This document shows, in pieces, positions 49,420 to 64,000 of a stretch of DNA of 64,000 nt (positions within the stretch are counted from its first letter, which is position 1; each line of letters opens with the position of its first letter). The position numbers and the translations under genes are program-made. This DNA is from the human T2T-CHM13v2.0 reference genome, Homo sapiens. Under the pieces are notes generated by a model. The model ran no database searches. It had not been told where the DNA came from and saw nothing but the letters and a program-made list of their open reading frames with translations. The stretch lies in assembly GCF_009914755.1 (NCBI RefSeq), contig NC_060925.1. The stretch is one strand, 5' to 3'.

Positions 49420-50206
49420 CAATTCTTCTTTGAATGTCTGATAGAATTCAGCTGTGAATCCATCATGCCCTGGGCTTTTTTGTATGTGTGTGGCAATTTT
49501 AAATTTACTGATTGAATCTTGCTGCTTGTTATTGGTCTGTTAAGGGTTTCTGTTTCTTCCTGATTTAATCTAGGAGGGTTGTATGTTTCCAGGAATTTAG
49601 CAGTTTTCTTAGATTTTTCTAGTTTATGTGCGTAGAGATGTTTGTAGTAGTCACGAATAATCTTTTGTATTTCTGTGGTGTTGGTTGTAATACTTCCAGT
49701 TTCATTTCTAATTGAGCTTAGTTGAATCTTCTTTTTTTCTTGGTTAATCTAGCTAATGGTCTATCAATTTTGTTTATCTTTTCAAAGAACCAGCTTTTTA
49801 TTTCATCTTTTGTATTTTTTTATGTTTCAATTTCATTTACTTCTTCTCTGATCTTTGTTATTTCTTTTCCTCTGCTAGCTTTGGGTTTGGTTTGTTATTG
49901 TTTCTGTAGTTCCTTGAGGTGTAACATTAGGTTGTCAATTTGTGATCCTTCAGACTTTTTGATGTAGGCTTTTAGTGCTATAAACTTTCCTGTTAGCACA
50001 GTATCCCAGAGTTTTGATAACTTGTGTCACTGTTATTCATTTCAAAAAATGTTTGAATTTCCATCTTGATTTTATTGTTAACCCAAAATCACTCAGGAGC
50101 AGATTGTTTAATTTTCATGTATTTGTACCATTTTGAGGGTTCCTTTTGGAGTTGATTTCTAGCTTTATTCCACTGCGGTCTGAGAAGATACTTGATACAA
50201 TTTTGA

Positions 50207-50505
<299 letters not shown>

Positions 50506-51875
50506 ACAATTTCGATATTTTAAAAATGTATTGAGACTTGTTTTGTGTCCTATCATATGGTCTATCTTGGAGAATGTTCTATGTGCTGATGAGAAGAATG
50601 TGTATTCTGCAGTTCTTGGGTAGAATGTTCTGTAAATATCTGTTAAGTCCATTTTTTCTAGAGTGTAGTTTAAGTCCATTATTTCTTTGTTGATGTTTTG
50701 TCTCAATGATCTGTCTAGCACTGTCAGTAGAGTATTAAAGTCCCTCACTCATTTCTTAGATCTAGTAGTAATTGTTTTATGAATCTGGGAGTAGTGTTAG
50801 GTACATATAAATTTAGGATTGTAATATGTTCTTGTTGGATTGATCCTTTTATCATTATGTAATGACCTTGTTTGTCTTTTTTTTTTTTTTCACTGTTGTT
50901 GCTGTACAGTCTGTCTTATCAGATATAAGAATAGTTATTCTTGTTTGCTTTTGTTTCCATTTGTGTGGAATATCTTTTTCCACCCCTTTACTTTGAGTTT
51001 ATATGAATCCTTATACGTTAGGTGAGTCTCTTAAAGACAGCAGATATTTGGTTCGTATTCTGCCATTCTGCCAATCTGTATCTTTTAAGTGGAGCATTTA
51101 GGCCATTTATGTTCAACATTAATACTGAGATGTGAGGTGCTGTTCCATTTATCATGTTAATTGTTACCTAGATGCTTGGTTTTTTTCTATTGTGTTATTG
51201 TTTTATAGGCTCTGTTTTATGCTTTCAAGAGGTTCTGTTTTGGTGCATATCAAGCTTTGGTTTCAATATTTAGAACTCCTTTTAGCATTTCTTGTAGGGC
51301 TGGTCTGGTAGTGACAAGTTCCTTCACCATGTAAATGATATTCTTTAAATATTTGTTTTCCAATTGTTTGTTGCCAGTACATAGAAATATAATAGGGTTT
51401 TTTCTGTATATTGATTTTGTATCATATGACCTTATTGAACCAATTTATTATGTATATATATTTTTTGGTAGCTTTCTTAGGATCTGTTATGTATACAATC
51501 ATGTTGTCTATGTCAAGACAGTCTTACTTCTTCCTTTACAGTTTATATGCTTCTTATTTCCTTTTCTTGCTTCATTGCGCTGACTGGGACTTCCAGTTCA
51601 ATGTTAAAAAGAAGTAGTGAGAACTGACATCTTTGCCTTGTTCTTGATCTCGAGGGAAAAGCAGCCAGTCTTTCATCATTAAGTATGATGTTAGATGTAG
51701 GTTTTTGGTAGATGCCTTTTATCAAGTTGAAGTTCACTTTTATTCCTAGTTTGCTGAGGTTTTTATCTGTATTGGGATTAAATTTTGTCACATGCTTTTT
51801 CTGCATCTATGGAGATTATATTGTTTTCCTCTTTAATTCAGTCAATACAGTGAATTATATTTTTAAAAGAATGCT

Positions 51876-52190
<315 letters not shown>

Positions 52191-52369
52191 GAATGCTAAA
52201 TCAAACTTGCATTTGATCTTCTAATATTTTTGTTAAGGATTTTTGCATCTATGTTTATGAGGGATATTGGTCTATAGTTTTTTTTTTTGTAAATCCTTTG
52301 TCTGGTTTTTGGTGTCAACATTATGTTGACATCATAAAATAAACTGTATGTTGACTTGTATTCAATGTC

Positions 52370-52512
52370 CCTTTGTTTTCTTTCTTTCCTGATACAGTGT
52401 CTCACTGTGTTGCCTAGGCTGGCCTCGAACTCCTGGGGTCAAGTGATCTCCTGTCTCAGCCTCCAGAGTAACGAGGACTACAGATGTGTGCTACCATATA
52501 CCATGCTCAGCT
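52370..52512 (-). mobile_element. FLAM-like Alu monomer
   Basis: gtctcactgtgttgcctaggctggcctcgaactcctggg. Confidence 0.8.
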
Positions 52513-52719
52513 TCTCTGTTTTCTGAAAGAGTCTGTGGGACACTAATGTTTTCTCTTTATTAAATATTTCATAGACTTCATCAGTAGAGCATTATATAAA
52601 GCCAAGAAGTTTTTTTGGGGGGGGTTAATTATTAATTATATAACAGATATAGGGTAGTCAGAATTTTTTGCGGCATTTTTCTCAATATGTATTTCAAGAA
52701 ATTTGTCTATTTCATCTAA

Positions 52720-53174
<455 letters not shown>

Positions 53175-53194
53175 TAAAAATAATTTAGCTCGGC

Positions 53195-54527
<1,333 letters not shown>

Positions 54528-57500
54528 TCATACTTTATCAGTTTTGTTAATCTTTTCTAAGAATCAACTTTTAGTCTTCTTAAAAATATCCATTTAAAAA
54601 TTTTATTAATTTTCAGTCTTTATTTCCTTCCTTCTGCCTATGTTGAGCTTAATTCACTTTGTTTTTTCTAACTTAAGATAGGGACTCTTTGATTTGGGAT
54701 TTAATTTTCCAGATATCTTTTAATTATTGATTTCTAATTTAAGTCCCTTATGTTCAAAGAACATACTCTAATTTGAAGCCTTTGAAACATGAGACCTGTT
54801 TTATGGCCAGCTATATGGTCTATATTGGCAAATGTTCCATGTACATTGAATTAAGAAATGTGTATTGTATGGTTGTTGGGTGGAATGTTCAATAACTGTC
54901 ACTTAGGTCAGATAGGTTGATAGTGTTCAAAACTATGTATTTTTTTTTTTTGGTCTACTTTTAAAATCTTTTATGGAGAAAAAAATATTGCTTTCCAACT
55001 CTAATTATGGATTTGTTCCATGATTCCCTTTCATTCTGTCAGGTTTTGCTTCGTATTTTTTATATTTATGTTATTAGATATGTACACATTTAGGATTATT
55101 CTTAAAGAATTGGCCCTTTTTAACATTATACATGTATTTCTTCATTTCTGATAATTCTCTTTGTTTGCAGTATATTTTACCTGATTGATATAGCCTCTTC
55201 AGCTTTCATATGATTAGTGTTTGTATGGTAGAACTTTTTCCATCCTTTTTTTTTTTAACCCATTTGTATCTTTGTATTTAAAATGTACCTCTTATAAAGA
55301 ACACATAATTGGGTCTGGCTTTTTGAATCTAGTCTGACAGTCTGCTTTTGAATTAGTGTTTATTCCATTTATATTTAATGTATTATTTATATAACTGGAT
55401 CTAAATCTGTTGTATAGCATTTTTTATTAGTCTCATATCCTTTGTTTCGTTTTTCCTTTTCATGCCTTCTTTTGAATTAATCAAGTATTTCAGATTCTAT
55501 TTTTATGTCATCCGTTATACGCATACACACACAGAGAAACATACTTTAAGTTATTGTTTTGATGATTAGAATTTTCATCCTTATCACAATCTACACTGAA
55601 ATAATACATCATTTCATGTATAATGTAAGCCCTTTCAACAATATACTTCCATTTATCTTCTCCCAGTCTTCATTCTGTTGCTGTCATGTGTTTTACTGCT
55701 ATGTATGTTATAAACCTCACAATACATTGGTATTATTTTTGCTTTAAACAGTCAGTTGTCTTAAATAAATTAATAACTTAGATTCCTTTTATTTACCCAT
55801 ATACTGACCATTTCCAATATTCTTCATTTCTTCTTATATGTCTGATATCCATCTGGTATTGTTTCCCTTCAGCATGAAAAATCCTTCTTAACATTTTTTT
55901 TGTAGTGTAGATCTGCTGGTGACAAATCCTTGCAGCTTTTGTTTTATCAGAAAGCATCTCTATTTTGCCTTTATTTCAAAAGGGTATTTTTGCTGGATAT
56001 ACAATATTAGGTTGACTCTTTCTTTACGCCAAAGATGTCATTCCATTGTCTTGTAGCCTGAATTCTTTCTGATGAGAAGTTACAGGATATTCCCCTGCAT
56101 GTGCTGGTTTCTCCTTCCCTTTGGATGCTATAAGATTTTCAGTTTATCTTTGTTTTCAGCAATTTGACTATTGTAGTTAGGTGTGATTGTCGTTGTTGAT
56201 CTTTCTTGGGGTTTCTTGAGCTTATTTTGTCTGTGGATTGATATTTTTTCATCAGTTTGGAAAAAGTTTGGCCCATATTTCTTCTCAGCCCATCTCCTTT
56301 TCTTTTATAACTCCAGTTACATATAAGTTAGATTGCTTGATATCATCCTAGAGGTCACTGAGGCTCTGCTCATTTTTTTTCTTTGGTCTTCCTTTCTCTC
56401 TGTACTTCTGTGAGGATAATTTATAGTAACCTATCTTTAAGTTCACTGAACGCTTCTGTAATGTACAATATGTTGTAAGCTCACCCAATGACTTTTTTAT
56501 TTCAGGCAGTTTTTACTTTTAGAATTTCCATTTGGACTTTCTAATGGTTTTTGTTTCTCTGAGATTTCCCATCTGTTCACTGATTGTTTCCATATTTTCC
56601 TTAAATCCTAAAGCATATTTATAATAGCTTTTTAAAAAAGTTTTTGTTTGCTATTTCCAACATCTTTGTCATCATTTGGCCTGTTTATATTGACTGACTT
56701 ATCTGCTGAGTATGGGTCACAGCTTCCTACATCTTAACGTGTTTAGACACTTTTTATTCTATGCTACACATTGTGGATGCTACTTTTTTGAGATTCTAGG
56801 TTCATCTGCTTTGAAACAGTTTTTCTCCCCTCTTTTTGTTGGGCTGTCAGCTGTTACTTCTTGTAGCTGTCAGAATACTTGCCTCTGGCTACTATATTCT
56901 CCACCCTTCCTTTGTTATTTTCTAACCTGCGGTTGGCTAGGAAACTATTTAATCTAGCTTGTTGGCCTTATATGTAAAGTACAAATAAACAGACATTGAG
57001 TAGATCTCTAAAGACTCCTGAATCAAATGCATGAACTTCAGTGTACAGGTTTTTGCATAATTTAGATATTTAAAGATTCTTACTTATTTTTTTGTAATTG
57101 GCATTGGATGAGTGAAATATAATTTTGTGTTGAAACTATGACCTGAAGAGAGACAACAGTTCTCCAAAGGGCTCCTAATTTCTGGCTGATGTCATCTCAA
57201 GTTATTTGTGTATTTTTTGCTCATCTGCTTTTAGCTGTTAGAAGAAAATGTTTGTTGATATTTGTCGTGTTCTAGTAGCCTCTATCAGTTTGAATTTCAG
57301 TATATTATAACCTGTCAAATATTTTCTCTGGGCTTTTTACCTTAAGCCTAATGACTGCTTTTTAAAACTTAGTTTGTAAATTCTCACATTAAAACAGTTT
57401 TTAAAAAGAGAATCGTTCACATAAGCCAAATTGCTGAATTACTAATCAGAGGGATGCTAAGTAGCTGAAGGAGTTTCCAAGGCACCATCTGTGAGGTCTG

Positions 57501-58859
57501 ATCTCTTGTCTCTCCTCATTCAGAAAATTTCAATGTGAAGTAAATATCATATTTTATTGCAAAGGCTGCCTTTAATTTCATTTGTCTGATTTGGGATGGG
57601 TGAAGGTGTTGAATAAAAGTTTTAAGTCTCTTACTTAAGATCCCTCTCCCCCATCCTCATTCTTGGAATGAACTTTTGAGAGGTTAAACCTATACTTTGC
57701 CAAGTAAATGCTGATTTCCTGGGAAGACATTTCAGCACCTTTTCTGTTTTTCTGCACTTCCTTGACCTAAATTAGCAAATCTTCCTCCTTTCCAAGTCTC
57801 CCAGAAGCCATTCTCCATGTCTGTCACATACCTTACAGAGCTCTGGAGTAGTCTTGTTTTTTAATTATAAGAATCAATAAGAAAAAGAAGACTTTAGTTT
57901 CTTCCTTTCAGAACTGGACCTTAGAGAACAGCCTATAAAATAGAATCAATTTTGCTACTTCAGATTATAAGGAAACCCTTTGTAGAGAAAGGTTCATGTT
58001 TTGGCAGAATAATAGCTCAGTCTAGAGACTTCTCTAGCAGTTTCAGATACTGGCATTTTTGTGTGTATAATTAAGTGAGGGGTAGAGACCCCACACTAAT
58101 GTACACTCAGAGGCGGTATTGTGTAATAACTTCCCTATAATCATGCTAGGATATCTATGCCTGATTGTTGATCCTTGAGTAACTAAAAATGGTGCCAGAA
58201 AGGTATCAATCCAGATCGAGCCAAGGGAGACCAACATTAGACATTTCTGTGATTAGGCACTGGAGTAGATTATAGCATGATAAGGTTCTCTGTGCTCTGA
58301 GTGAAGTGCTGTTCAACTTGGCGCTAATAGGAGCGGGATTCAGGTTTGTGAGCTCTGGAACTCGAAGTCGACTTGCCTGTTAGAGAAGGGGGTTTTGGAT
58401 TCTGTATAGCCTGTAGTCTTTTAAATGTAAGAATCCCCAGGGAGTCTGCTTTGAAGGGTAGTCGGGGCTAGGCTGGAACAATGCTTCCTGGACAGATCAG
58501 GTCAAAAATTCCCAGTGCGCGGGGTATTCTTAGAGCCCACACATCCTCTTAAGAGTTTAGCTGATCCAGCCAACAGCCTTGCGGCATACAGAGCATGGGC
58601 TGTCATCCTGTTTTATGGCTGAGAGGCTGAAGACCCTGAAAAGGGATGTGACCAACCCCAGGTCCCACCAGTTTAAATTGTGATGCCTAGACTTAAACCT
58701 CCCCTCCCCACTCCAAGGGTGATGTTCTTTCTGTGACATCATTTGAAGGCTAGTGGGTGATAACTTAGAGGAAGAGTTTTCACTTTGGAATGGAAGAGCG
58801 TAGAAACTGTCATAGCCTGGATAGGCATGTAAAAGAACCGGTCTTGTGAATCTTTAGAC

Positions 58860-58995
58860 CAGGGTATCTACCCTTTATTGCAGTCCGGAATTATCTGGGG
58901 CATTTTAGTAAATACTGATGCCTGAGTTCCTCCAATTAAATCACAGATGCAAATTTAATTGGTCTTGGGTGTAGCCTGAGCACAGGGATTGAAAA
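58860..58995. mobile_element. MER5-like hAT fragment
   Basis: gaattatctggggc..aaatactgatgcctgag..tttaattggtcttgggtgtagcctgagca. Confidence 0.6.
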
Positions 58996-59564
58996 ATCTT
59001 TAGAATGAACCTATGGCAATTTTGTCTTAGCCTCGACTTATCTCTTTTCTGGCTGTAGTTCCCTTTGACCCACTTATGGAAGAGGTTGGAAATTTTCTGT
59101 ATTTATTAAGACCTGCACCGAAATTGAGTGAGAAAAAAGCTGGAGACAAGAGTCAAAACTGAGTTTTCCAGAGTTAAGAGCAGACACTGTTTACATGATA
59201 CGGATAAGCCATGAATTTATTAAAACTTTAAGAGAAATATTGAAAACACCTACCATCTATTGAGTCTCAGTTGCAAGAGCTGAAGGAAAGACAAAGACGA
59301 GTCTCTGGCTTTAAGGAATTTTATTGTGTAATCTTGGCATGTACTGGAATCACTTCTAACCACATACAGATGCATGGATGTAGGGAAATATTACTTGGCT
59401 GCATCAATATTTGCCTGTCCCACCTAAATCTTTTTTGAGGAAGTAGCCAGGACATAAACAGCTGAAATGAAAATATTTGCTTGTCCCGAAGTCGATTTCC
59501 CCACAGGCCATCGCCCTCCCTCCTGTGGCTGCCTCTGCTATTCTCATTAGCTAAGCAGCCTTGC

Positions 59565-59605
59565 CCTTACAGAGATCCTGAGGGCCTTACAGAGATCCTG
59601 AGGGC
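59565..59605. repeat. Perfect 20-bp tandem duplication
   Basis: CCTTACAGAGATCCTGAGGG x2. Confidence 0.95.
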
Positions 59606-60569
59606 AACAAAGCCGGTGGTCATCTGTAAAATCCAGTAACTGATTGATGCTCAGGAAATAGGAGATACTGAAGAAGTGAAAGAGCCTAACCCAGTCCCAG
59701 GTGGTTCCGACTCTGCAGCCGTGCTCTGCTGTTTCATCTCAGCCATGCCAGGTGCTAGACGTGACTTCACCTGAGAATTGCTGACCTGGGTTGATCAGAT
59801 CAAATCTATCCAGGCCACCTCTGGCAGAGCAGCAGAAAGTGAGAATATGCTGTAGATTAGTGTGAGAATCCTCCCCAGGGCTTAATGATGGTCCCTTGGA
59901 GAGCTCTGTTTCTATGCAAGAAACCTGTGAATTCTCAACCTTTGCCAACTTGCAATCGTTCTTCAATCTGCCCCAACTATTTCTAGCAAATTCTTTGGCT
60001 AATACAGCATAGAAAACACATCCTATTTGTCCCAGACTTATTTCATTCCAGCTTCAAGGGGTGGACATTTAGCCTAAGAGCATTCATAGAGAGTCAGACT
60101 TCAGAGAATATATTTCCCTCTGTTAAATCGTATATGAAACCAAGCTTGCTCCGAGGCCGCTGGCTGCAGGAAGCAGTGACGAGGATGGAGCTTGGCAGAT
60201 GGTTGTAGCTGTGGTTTCCTGGAGGCCTGTGTGGGGAGATGATTGTTTGTATATTGGTTTTCATTTATGTATTGGTCTTATTTTCATCTTCCTGAGGTAC
60301 CCAGATGCTATGGTGATAGATTGATTGGAAATGACTCATTTGTCAGGGTTCTGTGGGGGACGTAGGTTCCCTTCTCATGCGCAGCAGAGTCTAAGATGTT
60401 TAATTAGACGCTGAGACATTTCTGCATGGGTCCATTTCTGCCCATTCTCCCAGGTGGACGCCATTTCTTAGATTGCAGAGGGACGGGGTTGGGGAGGGAC
60501 CTTCTAGTTCTCCATCCTCTCCCTCTATCCTCTTATTTTGTCTGGCTGCAGTCCTTAGTCCTACCTCCC

Positions 60570-61147
<578 letters not shown>

Positions 61148-61839
61148 CTACCTCCTTTTATCTGCTGTTTTCTACCCCCTAACATTATTGTCCTAAAAAT
61201 TGCCTTCATGTGGCTGCTAGAATTTGCAGAACTGATTCATGTTGGAAATCTAGTTGTCAAACAGGTCCAAACCAGACTTCATGAAATAATGTAGTTGAAC
61301 TGATACGCAGTGAGAGGAATATTAAGTGCTGCTTAACTGTTTTGTTCCACTTCAGCTTTTTCAGGGCCTTACTTTGTTCTTACTGTGTGCCAGGCAATGC
61401 CTGACATGCTGAGGATGGAAAGGTCTTACGGGTGCACCATGGTAACACCATGGAGATGCTAGATAAAGGTGTGAGCAAAGGGCTGCGGAGTCACCTGAAG
61501 ATGACGTGAGCCATGGGCGTGGGGGAAAGAATGGCATTTCAGGAGAATGTGGGCAATCCTGGGGGTAGTGGGTTTGCAAACTAGCAGAAAGCTCCGTGTA
61601 CTGAGTCGTGGGAGGTGTTGTGCATGTGGATATAGGTGCAGCTTGGAAAGGTCAAGGCTTCTACCTGGGACACAAGGTGACATAAAGAAGTGGGAGACTG
61701 TGAGACATCTTGGAAGGGGGAGAGGAGTTTAATGCTAGGCGTGATAAAAATGAGATGCTTGTGAAATCTAGGTGGACACATCTAATGGGTTGTTGGAAAT
61801 ATGGGCTTAGGACTGATTGGGGTAATGGTACCAGAGACA

Positions 61840-61841
61840 TA

Positions 61842-61884
<43 letters not shown>

Positions 61885-62162
61885 GAGACAAGGTCTCACC
61901 CTGTCACCCAGGCTGGAGTACAGTGGTGCGATCTGGGCTCACTGTAGCGTCCGTCTCCCGGGTTCAAGCAATTCTCCAGCCTCAGCCTCTCTGGTACTAC
62001 AGGAGCGTGCCACCAACACCCAGCTAATTGTTTTGCGTTTTTGTGGAGATGGGGTTTTGCCATGTGACCCAGCCTGGTTTTGAACTCTTGGGCTCAAAGC
62101 GATCCTCCTGCCTCAGCCTCCCAAAGTGCTGGGATTACAGGCATGCGCCACCACGCCCGGCC
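61840..62162 (-). mobile_element. Alu with (AT)n/T tail
   Basis: Antisense Alu within L2-like sequence. Confidence 0.92.
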
Positions 62163-63764
62163 GAGAGATGTAGATTTAGAGGTCCTAGTTTAGCGAGTCA
62201 GGGCTTGAAGGCTTGAGCACAGAGCCATTTGAGGAAAACCTGGATGGAAAGGGAGAGGGCTCAGAGCCTTTGGGAACACCAGTGTTTTAAAGAACAACCA
62301 GAGGTTGGGGGAGAAGGTTGAGTCAGGTAGCAGAAAGACCAAGTGCCACATCCAGCCTGCTTTTCCCTTTACTAGCTGATTCTGCCAAACCTGACTGCCT
62401 GCTGACCCTGGTGAGCATGCCTCAGCCACTGGGGGGCTTTCCTGCAGTTTCCCCTTGTCCTCTCCCCTCGCCTGGTGTGCTGAGGGCGTCTTCACTGGCT
62501 GCAGGCTCCTGGGCTTTGTTCCCTTGCTGGCATCAAGGATTGGAAAGCCTCTTTCTCCCCCATCTTCTGACGTTGGTCAAGGCTCACCATTCCACCTCTG
62601 CCAAGGAGCTCCAGGCGCTCTGAGCTGTCTGCTTTCTGGCTTCCCACTGAGAGTGCAAGAGCTCACCTGAGGACTGTCCTGTGCCTCTTCTCTTGGGCTG
62701 TGCTGCAGGAACCCAGGCTTGTAGCTCATTCCTTATCCCAGCAGAATGCCCAGAGTGGTTCCTCCATCGCCTTTCTGGAAACAGGATGCATCTCTGGCCT
62801 GGCCACACACTGAAGATTCACAGGCTAGCTCCTTCATCAGGAAAGAAGTTCATCTTCATTGCTCTCGAGGAAAGGAAGAAATTGCAGAGTGGTGAAGATG
62901 TATTTTGTCTTTACTCAGTGACCACAAGCACACAGGGGCCAAATAGATAACACCATGTTCCTCTCAGTTTCTGCCTGGAATCCTCGACTTGAACGGTAGC
63001 ATTCACTTGAAACCAAGCCCCGACCATTGAAGGGAGAGTCATTTGGCAAAGTTCCTGCTGAAACTGCCATCCACTTATGTCTAAGTGGCATTCTGGCTCC
63101 AGCCATCCTTCCAGATTTCCCCGATATCTGAGCCCTCACTGCTGCCACCAGAGCCGCCCTGCTTCTTGGCCCTGCCTGGGTTTGAAGACAGCTCCTCAGC
63201 TGGGCTGCATGTCTAAGGAGGTCTTGAAGGCTCGATGCCACAGCAGTCCCTGTCTCTGGCAACAAGTAGCCTTGGCTTTTGCTGTCTTGCCCAAATCACT
63301 CTGAGCTTTCTTCAGTGGTGTGAGCATCTTGAAGAATGAATGTTGAGGTCTGCCTATCCCCCAGGGTAGCAGGTGAGATGGGGCCGGTGCATGTCTATTC
63401 CAGTTCACTGTTGCAGAACTGAGAAATGTGCGGGGACTTTCTCCTCTGTGTTCGCTGCGTTTTCAGCAGCCAGTGCTGGGCACTTAGCCTTCTTGCATAG
63501 GTGCGGAAAGCTAACCGGAGTTCCTGTTCCTTCCTCCGTGCTGGTCCCCGCAGGGCTTGTGGTGGAGGACCCTGTGGCCATCTCACCAACTACACCGAAA
63601 CGCATCTGACTTCTGACGCCACGCCCGTGTGCGGTGCAGCCTCCCTGCTGGGCCCAGGCCTGGCCGCTTGGAGATGGTGCCCTCATCGTCCTGGGCCTTC
63701 CAGGCTGCAGAGGGTGCGGGGAGCACTGAGGAACTGCATAGATGGCTGTGGGAGGTGGTGGCTT

Positions 63765-64000
63765 TTAAAAAATTGTGGTAAAATACATATAACATAAAAA
63801 TATATGTTAGCCATTTTAAAATGTACAACTCAATGGCACTAGGTATAATACATTCACAGTGTTACGTGACCATCACCACTGCCTAGTTTCACAACTCTGT
63901 CTCCCCAAATGGAAAACCATACCCATTAGGCAGTCACTCCAGACCCACTACCCCCAGCCCAGTCCCTGGCAGCCACGAATCTGCTTTCTGCCTCTGAATT
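63765..64000 (-). mobile_element. L1MB 3' end
   Basis: aaattgtggtaaaatacatataacataaaa..cccattaggcagtcactcc..ccctggcagccacgaatctgctttctg. Confidence 0.85.

Noticed and set aside
57716-57725. STAT6-type TTCCTGGGAA motif
   Set aside because: A single short motif is expected by chance in 64 kb

Overview
Human/primate genomic DNA covering the 5' end of MAN1C1 (Golgi alpha-1,2-mannosidase IC, glycoside hydrolase family 47). The only supportable protein-coding sequence is coding exon 1 (35139-35678, + strand, 180 codons, phase-0 GT donor), which lies in a CpG island at about 33550-35700. Everything downstream is intron 1 and everything upstream is intergenic. Most of the rest is transposable-element sequence: about 42 Alus, a full-length SVA, HERV-K HML-2 (LTR5) and HML-8 (MER11) solo LTRs, two MLT2 LTRs, DNA-transposon relics, and a ~14.5 kb nested L1 complex. 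Nearly all ORF-track entries are Alu, microsatellite, L1 or GC-rich artefacts. The best novel candidate is in the ~1 kb GC-rich leader. Its only AUG is a start-stop AUG-UGA, in frame with MAN1C1 exactly 120 codons upstream, with the UGA in a CGG readthrough-type context and no other stop before the main AUG. A hairpin cluster and an in-frame CUG lie between them. This is a hypothesis, not a demonstrated system. Repeat families and subfamilies were recognised from memory of consensus sequences, and their boundaries are approximate unless a TSD is quoted.
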